Shown here piece after piece: positions 28,201 to 38,031 of a stretch of DNA of 64,000 bases. Below the pieces are notes generated by a model. It was not told where the DNA came from. It worked only from the letters and a program-made list of their open reading frames with translations, and did no database searches. Source of the DNA: Candidatus Poribacteria bacterium (lineage in GTDB: Bacteria; Poribacteria; WGA-4E; WGA-3G); the NCBI GenBank assembly GCA_964291315.2, contig OZ219753.1, positions 1,152,001 through 1,216,000 on the forward strand. Direction: 5' to 3'. Every line of letters starts with the position of its first letter. The stretch's first letter is position 1. The position numbers were made by a program, and so were the translations under genes.

Positions 28201-29619
28201 ATGTCGAAAATAACACGAGATGATCTTCAAAGCGTCAGCGATGTCAATACGTTGATGCGCTTTTTGGACGAAAAACTGAATTTGCCAATTCCGGAAAAGG
28301 CGGTGCTTGAGGAGGTAGCTCTTCCTTTGCCGCTTCCTTATCTTGGGCTTGAAAAAAGTATTGCTGAACAAATTATAGATTGTCATGACTTTTGCGGGCT
28401 CCCGCAGAGCATCTTAGATAAGCAGAGGCCTTTTCTCATCAGGTTTAAGTCCGGGTCGCGGTATCCAGAGATTCTTCGTCAGATCGCGGACAGTTTATCA
28501 CAGAAAAACATCAGGCCCACTGAGGTTTTCTTTATCTGTACAGCTGAAAACTTCCAACCTTTCGCTTTTGCTCGCTTCAGCGATTCAGGGGCGAGCGCCT
28601 GGAACAGTGAAGAGTTGGACATCTGGACCTGGGTACAAGACAACACACGTATTAACGCAGGCTTTGGACATGAACGTTCTATTTTCTTTTCGTCTCAGGT
28701 TAAGTCTGATCAGGCTAAACCTGTACAAGAGTCTGCCGTTTCCCGTGCAACTAAACCTGTGCGTACAGGTCGCAGAAGTGCTTCAACACGAGCTGAAGAC
28801 TTACTAATCAAGCTGCAAAACAGTGGAAAACCGCTGGGTAAGTATGCGGATATCCGTCTGGGTGTTTCCCCCGGTTATAACGATGCCTTCGTCATAGATG
28901 AAGACACCCGTGCACAATTGCTGGATGAAGACCCTGCGAGTATAGAGATTATAAAGCCTTTGCTTGTGGCGCAAAAATGGACAGGCGAGTTAAAATATAT
29001 AATTTGCCTCCGAAGCAGCTCAGATATGGAGTGGCCATGGTCCCGCATATCAGATACATCGGAGGCGAAGCAAATTTTTAAAGAGACCTATCCGGCAATT
29101 AGTGCTCACCTGGATCCGTATCGGGGTGCCTTACAGGCTCGGAGTTTTCATAAGAACGGTTCGGCGGTTTTCTATTGGGAATTACCGAATTATAGGTCTT
29201 ATGCTATGCTGGAGGCCTCTAAGATTTTCTATTCATACCGAACTATTTCTCTGAAGGCAGCCTACGATCCGTACCAGAGCATACTTTTGGGCAGTGTTGC
29301 GTTTTTCCCGACGAATGATATTTCTCTGCTCACAATTCTAAACAGCAAACTCTTCGGTTGGTATGCTTATAAAAAACATTGGGTCTCAGAGCTGAAATGT
29401 CTATTTCTTTTAAATCGAGATATGAGCAGGGTTCCAATAGCCGCGCGGTCGGAAGCCCACAAAGATCAGCTTTCAGAGCTAGTCCAGCTGATCCTCGATG
29501 CACCTGATAGTCCTAGCGTCCACGACCTAGAGCAGGAGATAGATGAGTTAGTGTATGAGCTGTACAATTTAACGGCCCCAGAAATCACTTTGATAGAGAG
29601 AGGATATAATCACTCATGA
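28201..29619 (+). CDS. Type IIG/TaqI-C-like specificity-domain protein lacking methyltransferase motifs
   Basis: 'G..PG.NDAFVID...L..EDP.S.EIIKP.L', 'YPAI..HL', 'ILNSKL..W', 'IDELVYELYNLT..EI..IE'. No FxGxG or NPPY seen. Confidence 0.7.
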   Translation: MSKITRDDLQSVSDVNTLMRFLDEKLNLPIPEKAVLEEVALPLPLPYLGLEKSIAEQIIDCHDFCGLPQSILDKQRPFLIRFKSGSRYPEILRQIADSLSQKNIRPTEVFFICTAENFQPFAFARFSDSGASAWNSEELDIWTWVQDNTRINAGFGHERSIFFSSQVKSDQAKPVQESAVSRATKPVRTGRRSASTRAEDLLIKLQNSGKPLGKYADIRLGVSPGYNDAFVIDEDTRAQLLDEDPASIEIIKPLLVAQKWTGELKYIICLRSSSDMEWPWSRISDTSEAKQIFKETYPAISAHLDPYRGALQARSFHKNGSAVFYWELPNYRSYAMLEASKIFYSYRTISLKAAYDPYQSILLGSVAFFPTNDISLLTILNSKLFGWYAYKKHWVSELKCLFLLNRDMSRVPIAARSEAHKDQLSELVQLILDAPDSPSVHDLEQEIDELVYELYNLTAPEITLIERGYNHS

Positions 29620-30608
29620 AGGTCTTAGTTATTGGTGGGACAGGCAACATCAGTCGCGGCATTGTTGCGGCGCTGCAAAGCCGAAACCATGAAGTTGCCT
29701 TGTTCAACCGCGGGCAACATGTAGATGCGCCGCTGCCCGATGTTCGTGTTATCCACGGTGATCGGAAGCATCGTGAAGATTTCGAGGCGAAAGTTAGTGC
29801 GGAAAACTGGGATGCTGTCATTGACATGATTAGTTTCGATGCAGATGATGCTGCTTCTGCGATCCGCGCGTGCCGGGGCCGCGTTGGACACTTTGTCCAC
29901 TGTTCAACTGTTATGACATATGGCCCGCCCTTCAGTGGGATTAATCTTCCAGAAACGGCATCTTTGCGAGGCACCTCCGGCTATGGGCTCGGGAAAATTG
30001 CAGCCGATGATCTCCTCTTGGGGGCGCACGCTCGTGAAGCTTTCCCTGTAACTATCTTCAAACCTTCTTACACACATGGTCCTGGTATAAACCTCCATCG
30101 ACAAGTAGGCGGGGACGGTGGTTGGATTGACCGATTACGTAAAGGGAAGCCTATTCTTTCTGCGGGTGACGGTCTCAACTATTTTCAGTTTCTGTCCTCT
30201 CGCGATGCAGGAGTTGCGTTTGCAGATATACTCGGAAGATCCGACTGTTTGGGTGAAATTTATAACATCGTTCACCCACGCGCGCGCACATGGGACGAAT
30301 GGCACCGGGCGGCAGCGGAGGCACTCGGTGTCGCTATAGAGCTTGTACATGTCTCCCAAGAGACGCTCATCGCAATGGCGCCTGAAAGGTTCGGCGGGTT
30401 GCGTGGGAACTTTGGGCACACCCAAATATTCAGTCACAAGAAGCTTGCCTCAGTATTGCCTGAATTTACGCCGCAGATTCCGGTTACAGAGAGTGTTGCG
30501 GAGAATATTGCCTGGATGGATAGACACAATCTGGTTCCCGATAGTGATGCCGACAATTTGGAGGATCGGGTTATTGAGGCGGTTCGCAATCTACCGCGTA
30601 TTCGGTAG
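29616..30608 (+). CDS. NAD-dependent epimerase/dehydratase family protein
   Basis: Motifs IGGTGNIS, FNRG and YGLGK. Confidence 0.88.
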   Translation: MKVLVIGGTGNISRGIVAALQSRNHEVALFNRGQHVDAPLPDVRVIHGDRKHREDFEAKVSAENWDAVIDMISFDADDAASAIRACRGRVGHFVHCSTVMTYGPPFSGINLPETASLRGTSGYGLGKIAADDLLLGAHAREAFPVTIFKPSYTHGPGINLHRQVGGDGGWIDRLRKGKPILSAGDGLNYFQFLSSRDAGVAFADILGRSDCLGEIYNIVHPRARTWDEWHRAAAEALGVAIELVHVSQETLIAMAPERFGGLRGNFGHTQIFSHKKLASVLPEFTPQIPVTESVAENIAWMDRHNLVPDSDADNLEDRVIEAVRNLPRIR

Positions 30609-30623
30609 TCTAGAGGTGCGGAT

Positions 30624-31436
30624 ATGTTAAAAATCAAATCGGCGTTAGATTCTGAAAGGCTCGATCGCGTTGAACACGATCTCCGTGAGGTTGGCTTTCA
30701 TATCATTGAAAACGTGATTCCTGTCGCGGAGGCAGATGAAGTCTGCAAAGTGGTCTGGAAATTGGTTGAAGAAGACCTTGCAAATGGGCATGACCATAGT
30801 TATGGAGATGGTAAAATCCGCCGTGTTTGGGCAATTGTCCGGAAAGCGCCCATCTTCCGCTCGCTTATCCAGCATCCGACTGTTGTAAGTGTGTGGAAAC
30901 GGCTGTTGGGTGAAGATGTGATTGCGTCCACGTTTACAGCGAACATTGTCGATCCCGGTGCCCCCTCAGGTGGCTGGCACATCGACTATCCGTATTGGGC
31001 GATGCAGCCGCCTTTTCCGTCGGGTGCGCTGACTGGACAAACCGTTTGGATGTTAGACGACTTCACTGTAGAGAATGGGGCAACGGCGTGTATACCGGGT
31101 TCACATAAAACGTTGCGCCGCCCGGAATTAGGAGAGGCGGATGGACTGGAAATGTGTATTGCTGCTGCGCCGAAAGGTTCTATCCTCTTCACAAATGGTG
31201 CGATCTGGCATCAATCTCGGCCAAACCTAACCGCTACGCCGCGCGTTGGACTCCTCGGTATGTATAATAGGGCGGTTGTTTATCCGCAAGAGGATATGCC
31301 TCGTCAGTTGACTGATGCTGAGTTGGCGGGTGAGAGCGCTCTTCTAAAACAGCTGTTGGGTAGGAATATACCGTTCCGCGATCCAGATCAGGCGCAGAAT
31401 TGGCACCGTACAGATACGGGTTTTCGCGAAGCATAA
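30624..31436 (+). CDS. Phytanoyl-CoA dioxygenase (PhyH) family protein
   Basis: Motifs WHID, WMLDDFTVENGAT..IPGSH and WH...PN.T..PR. Confidence 0.9.
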   Translation: MLKIKSALDSERLDRVEHDLREVGFHIIENVIPVAEADEVCKVVWKLVEEDLANGHDHSYGDGKIRRVWAIVRKAPIFRSLIQHPTVVSVWKRLLGEDVIASTFTANIVDPGAPSGGWHIDYPYWAMQPPFPSGALTGQTVWMLDDFTVENGATACIPGSHKTLRRPELGEADGLEMCIAAAPKGSILFTNGAIWHQSRPNLTATPRVGLLGMYNRAVVYPQEDMPRQLTDAELAGESALLKQLLGRNIPFRDPDQAQNWHRTDTGFREA

Positions 31437-31552
31437 AGCATGAGACATGAAAAGCATCTATTCATCGGGTTAATGCGTTTTATGTTTTGTTGCAAATTCT
31501 GCGAAACGTCTGGATGCATTTCGTAAATCCTGAATTCAGATAGGGGGCATTT

Positions 31553-32599
31553 ATGCCAGTTGTATCTCACGATGTGTTAAGGGAATTTGTATATAATATT
31601 TATCGCGGTGCTGGTGGCACGGAGGAGGACGCTCGTATCGTCAGCGATCACGTTGTTGACTCTAATCTCGTTGGGCATGATTCACACGGTGTCATCAACG
31701 CCCCGAACTACATAGGCGGTATGGAGGGGGGGGCCGCCGCAGATAAGATGGAGGTTGTCAGGAATGGTGGTGCAGCAACCGTCATCAATGCCAATGGTGC
31801 GCTTGGGATGGTTGCTGCGCGTAAGGCGATGGAAATGGCTGTTGAAAGGGCGCGGTGTTGCACCATCGGCGCTGTCGGCTTACACCGGTGTGGGCATGCG
31901 GGGCGCATGGGCGAATACCCGCCCATTGCTGCGCGAGCGGGGATGATTGGTATTGTGTTACTCAACGGCGGTGGACGCTTTATGCACCCGCACGGTGGCA
32001 CCTCTCGAAGACTGCCCCCGAACCCGATTGCGATCTCCGTGCCGCGAAAAGAGGGTGCCCCGCTTCTCCTCGATATGACACTGAGTGTCGTTGCGGGCGG
32101 AAAACTGCTGGTTCACACTGCCCGCGGTGAGTCGATACCGGAAGGGTGGATGATAGATTCGGAGGGGAAGGCGCTCACTGATCCAAATGCGTTTCGCCAA
32201 CGTCCACAAGATACAGCCGTTATGCCGCTGGGTGGTTTCCAATTTGGGCACAAAGGGTTCGGGCTTGGTGTGATGATAGATGCGATCGCGGGCGGGCTTT
32301 CTTGGGCGGGGTGTAGTCGTGAAGCTCCGACGCGTGGGGCAAGTGGTATCGTAATGTTTGCGATCAAAATTGCGGATTTTATAGAGTTAGCCGATTATGA
32401 ACGCGAAATCGAACATCTCGTAAAGTGGGTGAAGTCATCTGCGCGGCTTCCAGGTGTCGACGAGATCTACGTTCCCGGAGAGTTTGAGGAACGGAGTCGC
32501 GAAAAACGTTTGCGGGAGGGTATCCCGATTGAAGAGCCGACTTGGGACCGCCTTGTTGAAGCTGCGAAACGTTTCCATGTCGCTGTCCCGAGTCTCTAA
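31553..32599 (+). CDS. Ldh_2 family (malate/L-lactate/ureidoglycolate dehydrogenase-like) oxidoreductase
   Basis: Motifs GHDSHG, H.GR.G.Y, NPIA, LDM, PLGG...HKGFGL and PGE.E. Confidence 0.9.
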   Translation: MPVVSHDVLREFVYNIYRGAGGTEEDARIVSDHVVDSNLVGHDSHGVINAPNYIGGMEGGAAADKMEVVRNGGAATVINANGALGMVAARKAMEMAVERARCCTIGAVGLHRCGHAGRMGEYPPIAARAGMIGIVLLNGGGRFMHPHGGTSRRLPPNPIAISVPRKEGAPLLLDMTLSVVAGGKLLVHTARGESIPEGWMIDSEGKALTDPNAFRQRPQDTAVMPLGGFQFGHKGFGLGVMIDAIAGGLSWAGCSREAPTRGASGIVMFAIKIADFIELADYEREIEHLVKWVKSSARLPGVDEIYVPGEFEERSREKRLREGIPIEEPTWDRLVEAAKRFHVAVPSL

Positions 32600-32745
32600 C
32601 ATAAATCTGCTGGATTGGCTAGCGGGGTGTGGCCTCTAAAACGGTTATAATTGCCATAAATTGGTAGCTGCCTCGCTCATCGAAGACCTGCTATCCAGTT
32701 TTCCGTTCGGATGGCAGGCTGCTAACAACTAATAGGAGAGAGAAA

Positions 32746-33339
32746 ATGCGCATCTACGGTCTGTTTATTTTGCTTATCGGCATTATCGGGTGTGCCGCCC
32801 TGAATCAACCGGTCAATGAGATGATGGCGTCGCGCCTGACTTGTGCGTCTAACCCGGAATTTGTGGATGGCAATATAGAGACGGAAGGCGCCTTTGTAGT
32901 GAACGGGTTTGTTCGAAAGGCGTACCACCTTGATGAAGGGGAGGGTCGGCGGCTTGCGTATGCGCAACGTCGTTATTTAACGCAGGTTGAGGGGCAGCGT
33001 CGCACAGAAGCAATTATCAAGCTCAATGCCCCGACGTATGTTTCCTATGTAGTAGTATATCCGGCGTCGCGTCGGATTCCGAATTTTGCAATGATGACAA
33101 CGACTGATGATCCGCCTCGTTTCGATGTTGCTTTCGAACGGGTAGCCGACAAACAACACAAGGATATTGAGGGGTTGAATCCGGTGCGTTTTCGAATTGA
33201 ACGCGAGGTGCTTTATCTACGCATGAGTGCAGACGGCATTGAGGACAGGGAAAATTCTGTGCGCGGTGCAAATGCGATTGTTGAAATTCCTCTTAAGGGG
33301 GCTTCGATCCGTGAAGTTAAATTCTATGGATACGAATAA
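32746..33339 (+). CDS. Hypothetical lipoprotein
   Basis: IIGC lipobox; AGGAG RBS; discoidin-like ends (VDGN.ET ... IREVKFYG). Confidence 0.65.
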   Translation: MRIYGLFILLIGIIGCAALNQPVNEMMASRLTCASNPEFVDGNIETEGAFVVNGFVRKAYHLDEGEGRRLAYAQRRYLTQVEGQRRTEAIIKLNAPTYVSYVVVYPASRRIPNFAMMTTTDDPPRFDVAFERVADKQHKDIEGLNPVRFRIEREVLYLRMSADGIEDRENSVRGANAIVEIPLKGASIREVKFYGYE

Positions 33340-33345
33340 AATCAC

Positions 33346-33375
33346 TTGACTTCTGTTTTAAGAACGTTATAGAAT
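33346..33375 (+). promoter_or_regulatory. Sigma70-type promoter upstream of phoH
   Basis: TTGACT-18 nt-TAGAAT. Confidence 0.5.
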
Positions 33376-33578
33376 AAAATAAGCGAGGGGCCTATGCAAA
33401 CAGCTCGGAGAGTGAGTGATCTAACAAATCGGGCGTTTGAAAAGGTACCTAGCAGCGGACTTAAACTAGGGTAGCGTCTAATATTGATTTTTCTAGGGAT
33501 GTATGGTAAGTTAAACGAAATACTTAATTAGGGCAGAACTTATAGGTTTCTTATATCAAACGGAGGATTAGAATCCGA

Positions 33579-34595
33579 TTGGAAAAACAAGCATTGAAGA
33601 GGGTTCCCATACAGGGTAACGCTGAGGTGCAAGCTCTTTTTGGGCACAGCGATGCCTTCTTAAAGATCATCGAAAACGATTTCGATGTACGCGTTGTTTT
33701 GAAGAGCGACAGTCTGGCTGTTGTCGGTGAAAATGTGAGTGAGGTTAAGCGTGTGACGACGGTCCTAGAGTCGCTGCTACATCGCATCCGGAAAGGAGAG
33801 CGGATTCAGGTAACTGATGTCAACTATGTTATCCGGGCATCAGGTGCCGGTGAGACAGACGATTTAGGTGAAACTGGTGCTGAGTCTATTCCGGTTTTCT
33901 CAAAGCGCGGGGTTATTCGTCCTAAAACCGCGGGGCAGAAAAGGTATGTTGGGGCGATTAAGTGCAACGATCTTGTTTTCGGCATTGGACCGGCTGGGAC
34001 TGGAAAGACGTATCTTGCGATGGCAATGGCCGTTTCTGCTCTTAAAAGCGGGCAGGTGAGTCGGATTATCTTAACACGGCCTGCTGTTGAAGCGGGTGAG
34101 AGGCTGGGGTTTCTACCCGGGGATATTGCGGACAAGGTACACCCGTATCTTCGTCCTTTATACGATGCGCTTTACGATATGATGCCGCCAGAAACGTTGG
34201 ATAACTATATTGAGCGCAATGTCATTGAGGTTGCCCCTATCGCTTTCATGCGTGGGAGAACCCTTAACAATTCTTTCGTTGTCTTGGATGAGGCACAAAA
34301 TGCTACGATTGAACAGATGAAAATGTTCTTAACGCGCCTCGGGTTTGATTCGAAAGCGGTTGTCACGGGCGATATTACACAGACAGACCTGCCGACCCAC
34401 AAAGTGTCAGGGCTTGCAGACGCGCAAGAGGTGCTTTCAGGTATCGACGGGATCCAATTCATCTATTTCTCAAGAGTCGATGTTGTACGGCACGAGTTGG
34501 TCCAGCGTATCGTAGAGGCTTATGAACAGGCATCACCGCACAATACTAGCCGGAACGGTACAAATCCATCATCTCTGCCCGCCGAAGAAGGGTAA
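33579..34595 (+). CDS. phoH: PhoH family ATPase
   Basis: Motifs GPAGTGKT, RPAVEAGERLGFLPG, MRGRTL, DEAQN and GD.TQ.D. Confidence 0.95.
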   Translation: MEKQALKRVPIQGNAEVQALFGHSDAFLKIIENDFDVRVVLKSDSLAVVGENVSEVKRVTTVLESLLHRIRKGERIQVTDVNYVIRASGAGETDDLGETGAESIPVFSKRGVIRPKTAGQKRYVGAIKCNDLVFGIGPAGTGKTYLAMAMAVSALKSGQVSRIILTRPAVEAGERLGFLPGDIADKVHPYLRPLYDALYDMMPPETLDNYIERNVIEVAPIAFMRGRTLNNSFVVLDEAQNATIEQMKMFLTRLGFDSKAVVTGDITQTDLPTHKVSGLADAQEVLSGIDGIQFIYFSRVDVVRHELVQRIVEAYEQASPHNTSRNGTNPSSLPAEEG

Positions 34596-34600
34596 CCGCT

Positions 34601-35050
34601 TTGATTAATATCAGGAATATGAGTTGTCATACTGGCTTTGACGTGGAAGTTGTCTATGCTGCAGTGAGCGCCACCTTAAAGGCACACGACGCTGAAGACT
34701 ATGAAGTTAGCGTTCTGTTGACGGATGATGCGGGTATAAGATATCTCAACCGGGAATATCGGGGTATTGATGCGCCGACAGATGTGTTAGCGTTTGCTAT
34801 GCGTGAGGGGGCAGATAGTGATATAAATTCTGTCCTGCTTGGGGATCTAGTTATATCGCTTGAGACAGCGGCGCGCCAAGCGTCAAGCGAAGGTGGTCTC
34901 AGCGGAGTTCGCGGTACTTTTGAAACCGAGGCTGCAGTGCTTGCAGTACACGGGATGCTGCACTTGCTGGGTTACGACCATCGGACAGAGCGTGAAGCTA
35001 GGGTTATGTTTGAAAAGCAGCGCGCTATCTTCGGCTCGTTGCAGGTCTGA
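34601..35050 (+). CDS. ybeY: rRNA maturation endoribonuclease YbeY
   Basis: Motifs LNREYRG.D.PTDVLAF and HGMLHLLGYDH. Confidence 0.95.
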   Translation: MINIRNMSCHTGFDVEVVYAAVSATLKAHDAEDYEVSVLLTDDAGIRYLNREYRGIDAPTDVLAFAMREGADSDINSVLLGDLVISLETAARQASSEGGLSGVRGTFETEAAVLAVHGMLHLLGYDHRTEREARVMFEKQRAIFGSLQV

Positions 35051-35110
35051 TAACACGATTGTTTGCCGTTTTTTGAAAAATGTAAAAAAAATGGGTGTAT
35101 TATAAGGAGC

Positions 35111-36391
35111 GTGATTTTAGGTTTGGACGACCTATCCTTAGCCATCAAACTTGTTAGCTTAGGTATACTTTTGATTATTAATGCGCTATTCTCAGCTGCT
35201 GAGGTTCTGCTGACTCGTTTAACGCGGGACGATATCCTCAAGTTCGCTGAGGAAGGCGGGAGACGTTATGAGGTGCTTACCTCGCTGTTGCGCAATCCGC
35301 GTCGTTACTCGCTCACTATTATTACGGCAAAAACGATACTGATCGTTGCAAGTGTAAGGTTGTTCATGACCTTTTGGTCCTATCCTGTTGCGAATGCTGC
35401 GCTTGCTGTTGTGTGTTTTGTAATTTTTACTGAGTTGTTCCCGAAGAATTATGTTCAAGGCAGCACTGGTGAGGCGACGATTCGGGCGCTTAGCGTTCTG
35501 CGGGCTATCTATTGGGGCGGTTTCATTGTTTTAATTCCGCTGAATTTTGTTGCGAATCTCCTCGTCCGTGTGTGCGGTGGCAAGGTGACTTGGGCGCAAG
35601 ACAGTTTGGTTTCGCCCGAGGTTTTAGAGACGCTTGACAATGTTGCCGACAGCCAAGAGATTTTAGAGCCTGATGATCGAGAGATGATCGCTCGAATTTT
35701 AGACTTGCCGGACAAAGTGGCGCGTGAGATCATGGTTGCGCGAACGGATATGGTCTGTCTTGAAGTTAGCACCTCGGCGGCAGAGGTTTTACAGACAACG
35801 ATCACGTGCCGACATACGCGGATTCCCATTTATGAAGAGACTATTGACCGTATTATTGGGGTTTTGCATGCTAAAGATATGCTGGATTGCTGGGCAACAG
35901 GCGAGCCTATCAACCTCAGGGAGCTTATCGTTGATCGGTCACCTTTCTTCACGCCGGAAAGCAAAAACATTTCCGAGCTTTTTCGAGAACTCCGCGCCCA
36001 TAAACAGCATATTGCGATAGTGGTGGATGAATACGGCGGCACTGCGGGGATTGTGACATTAGAAAACATCATCGAAGAAATTGTGGGGGAGATTCACGAC
36101 GAAGATGAAATCAATGAACAAGATACCTATGTTCAGATAGATGCAGACACTCATTCGGTTGACGCGAGGATGAATCTGGTAGAATTAAACGAAAGACTCG
36201 GCACGGAGCTCGAAGCAGAAAATATTGATACTATCGGTGGATTTGTCGTGGACCACCTCGGGCGTGTTCCGGAACAGAGTCTGCAGTTCACATACCGCGG
36301 TATCCAATTCACTATATTCGAGGCAGATGAACGGCGCATCCACAGAATCCATATCCGGATGCCAAATATTAATAACAGTGAGGATGCTTAA
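35111..36391 (+). CDS. HlyC/CorC family CNNM-CBS transporter (hemolysin family)
   Basis: FSAAE N-terminal TM domain, CBS pair (HTRIPIY, VVDEYGGTAGIVTLE.IIEEIVGEI.DE) and CorC C-domain. Start uncertain. Confidence 0.9.
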   Translation: MILGLDDLSLAIKLVSLGILLIINALFSAAEVLLTRLTRDDILKFAEEGGRRYEVLTSLLRNPRRYSLTIITAKTILIVASVRLFMTFWSYPVANAALAVVCFVIFTELFPKNYVQGSTGEATIRALSVLRAIYWGGFIVLIPLNFVANLLVRVCGGKVTWAQDSLVSPEVLETLDNVADSQEILEPDDREMIARILDLPDKVAREIMVARTDMVCLEVSTSAAEVLQTTITCRHTRIPIYEETIDRIIGVLHAKDMLDCWATGEPINLRELIVDRSPFFTPESKNISELFRELRAHKQHIAIVVDEYGGTAGIVTLENIIEEIVGEIHDEDEINEQDTYVQIDADTHSVDARMNLVELNERLGTELEAENIDTIGGFVVDHLGRVPEQSLQFTYRGIQFTIFEADERRIHRIHIRMPNINNSEDA

Positions 36392-36481
36392 AGAGTATAC
36401 GGGCCGACAAGAAGCTTGCAGACGCCGCATCTACAAAAAGAGTAACACACATGGCACTTTGTAGATAAATTGGAAATTAAT

Positions 36482-36510
36482 TTGACAACGGCTAAAAATA
36501 AAGGTATAAT
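36482..36510 (+). promoter_or_regulatory. Consensus sigma70 promoter upstream of tRNA-Pro
   Basis: TTGACA-17 nt-TATAAT. Confidence 0.8.
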
Positions 36511-36712
36511 TGTTACAGTATACTTCATTATCTTATAGGAGCACCTTTATAGTTCTTCTATTCCTTTTGTTGGTGTGGTAGCGGTTGCAAGGCTGCTATT
36601 GTGTTCTTGTTGGATTAGGTCTCCTGACCGCCCCTATTTCACCTCTTGTAGGGGCGGCTAGGAGGGTGCTACCAGTTTGATAGTGGATGGAAAGAGGCAA
36701 GACAGTAAAAAA

Positions 36713-36791
<79 letters not shown>

Positions 36792-36902
36792 ATCCCCTCA
36801 AACATAATAAAACTCACAAATTAATCTTGTCCACTTTTGGATGAGCTGCCTACAGAAAATAATTTAAAATGCCCGTTTATGGACATTTTAGGGAGTAGTA
36901 TT

Positions 36903-37199
36903 ATGGCAACTATTAAGATTAACGCTGATGCGAGTGCTATGCATAGAACGCTTAATAGATTGGAGAAGGCGTTTGAGGTTATAGCGCAAAGGTATGGCTT
37001 AACTAGAGATGATATTGATGCTATATTTCAAGAGGCTGATCGGGAGTTTGATGCCAATAAGACTGTAGGGAAGTCAGAGACTGCAAGTCGCAGAGTAGCG
37101 CAGGAGGCTAATAAAGCGGGAGCTGCGGCGAAGGGTGCTGGCGATACTATAGAAAAGGAGTCTCAGCAGGGCGAGACGGCGGTTGAGGAAACTACTTAG
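36903..37199 (+). CDS. Hypothetical helical protein, possible phage tape-measure N-terminal remnant
   Basis: AGGGAG RBS; MATIKINADAS... Ala/Glu/Lys-rich; immediately after the tRNA. Confidence 0.5.
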   Translation: MATIKINADASAMHRTLNRLEKAFEVIAQRYGLTRDDIDAIFQEADREFDANKTVGKSETASRRVAQEANKAGAAAKGAGDTIEKESQQGETAVEETT

Positions 37200-37231
37200 C
37201 GGGAAGCAGAGACAGGGTTCACACTAAAACC

Positions 37232-37996
37232 ATGGCAGCCCGAAAAACGCAAGCGATCGTCATACGCGCCATACCGCTTCAAGAATTTCACAAAATTATT
37301 ACCTTTTACACCCATGATTTCGGCAAGATCAAAGCGGTCGCTTACGGCATAAAGAGTCCGAAAAGTCGGCTCGGCGGCAGCTTAGAACTCCTTAACTACG
37401 GCACGCTCCTCTTCCAACATCGCGAAAACCGGGAGTTACAGAACCTCACCGACTTCAATCTGCTTAACGGATTTGATGCAATCCGTTCCGACTTTACCCG
37501 CATCACGTACGGTTGTTATCTCGCTGAATTAGTAGACAGCATCACAGCAGAAGGTATTGCCCACCCCGAAGTTTTCGCTCTTCTCCGATCCACTTATCGA
37601 TTTTTGACAGACGCTGACGATGTTCCGCTGCTTGCAAGAGGGTTCGAGATCAAGTTATTGGATTGTGCAGGCTACGGTCCCGAACTTGTGCGGTGCGTTA
37701 ATTGTCGTTCAACTGCAGGAGGCGGTGTGCTAGGCAAAGTGGGTGTGACGTTCAGCGTCCGCTATGGCGGTGTGCTTTGTAGGGATTGTGAAAGTAGAGA
37801 CGGGGCGGCTCTCACAATTGCCCCCGGTAGTTGTGAATTGCTAAAGACCCTCCGGAAGTCGGAATGGGAACGGTTTAACCGAATCCGTGCCTCTACCCGA
37901 AATCATCAAGAACTCAAACGTTTATTGGGTAGCTTCATCGAATACCATACAGAGCGGAGTTTAAAGAGTCTCCGGTTCATTGAGAATGTTTTGTAG
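37232..37996 (+). CDS. recO: DNA repair protein RecO
   Basis: OB-fold start (GKIKAVAYG..SPKSR), FEIKLL...GY.P, CxxC...GG..CxxC; phoH-ybeY context. Confidence 0.93.
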   Translation: MAARKTQAIVIRAIPLQEFHKIITFYTHDFGKIKAVAYGIKSPKSRLGGSLELLNYGTLLFQHRENRELQNLTDFNLLNGFDAIRSDFTRITYGCYLAELVDSITAEGIAHPEVFALLRSTYRFLTDADDVPLLARGFEIKLLDCAGYGPELVRCVNCRSTAGGGVLGKVGVTFSVRYGGVLCRDCESRDGAALTIAPGSCELLKTLRKSEWERFNRIRASTRNHQELKRLLGSFIEYHTERSLKSLRFIENVL

Positions 37997-38031
37997 GCAT
38001 TCAAGCAGCCACCTCCTAGCAATAGAGTCCA

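Noticed and set aside
33394-33474. 26-aa ORF with GAGGGG upstream, in the phoH leader
   Set aside because: Too short and featureless to support without comparative data.
36620-36665. Hairpin CTCCTGACCGCCCCTA...TAGGGGCGGCTAGGAG before the tRNA, as an ncRNA
   Set aside because: A single inverted repeat with a GTAGGGGCGG REP-like arm; no second copy here and no family motif.
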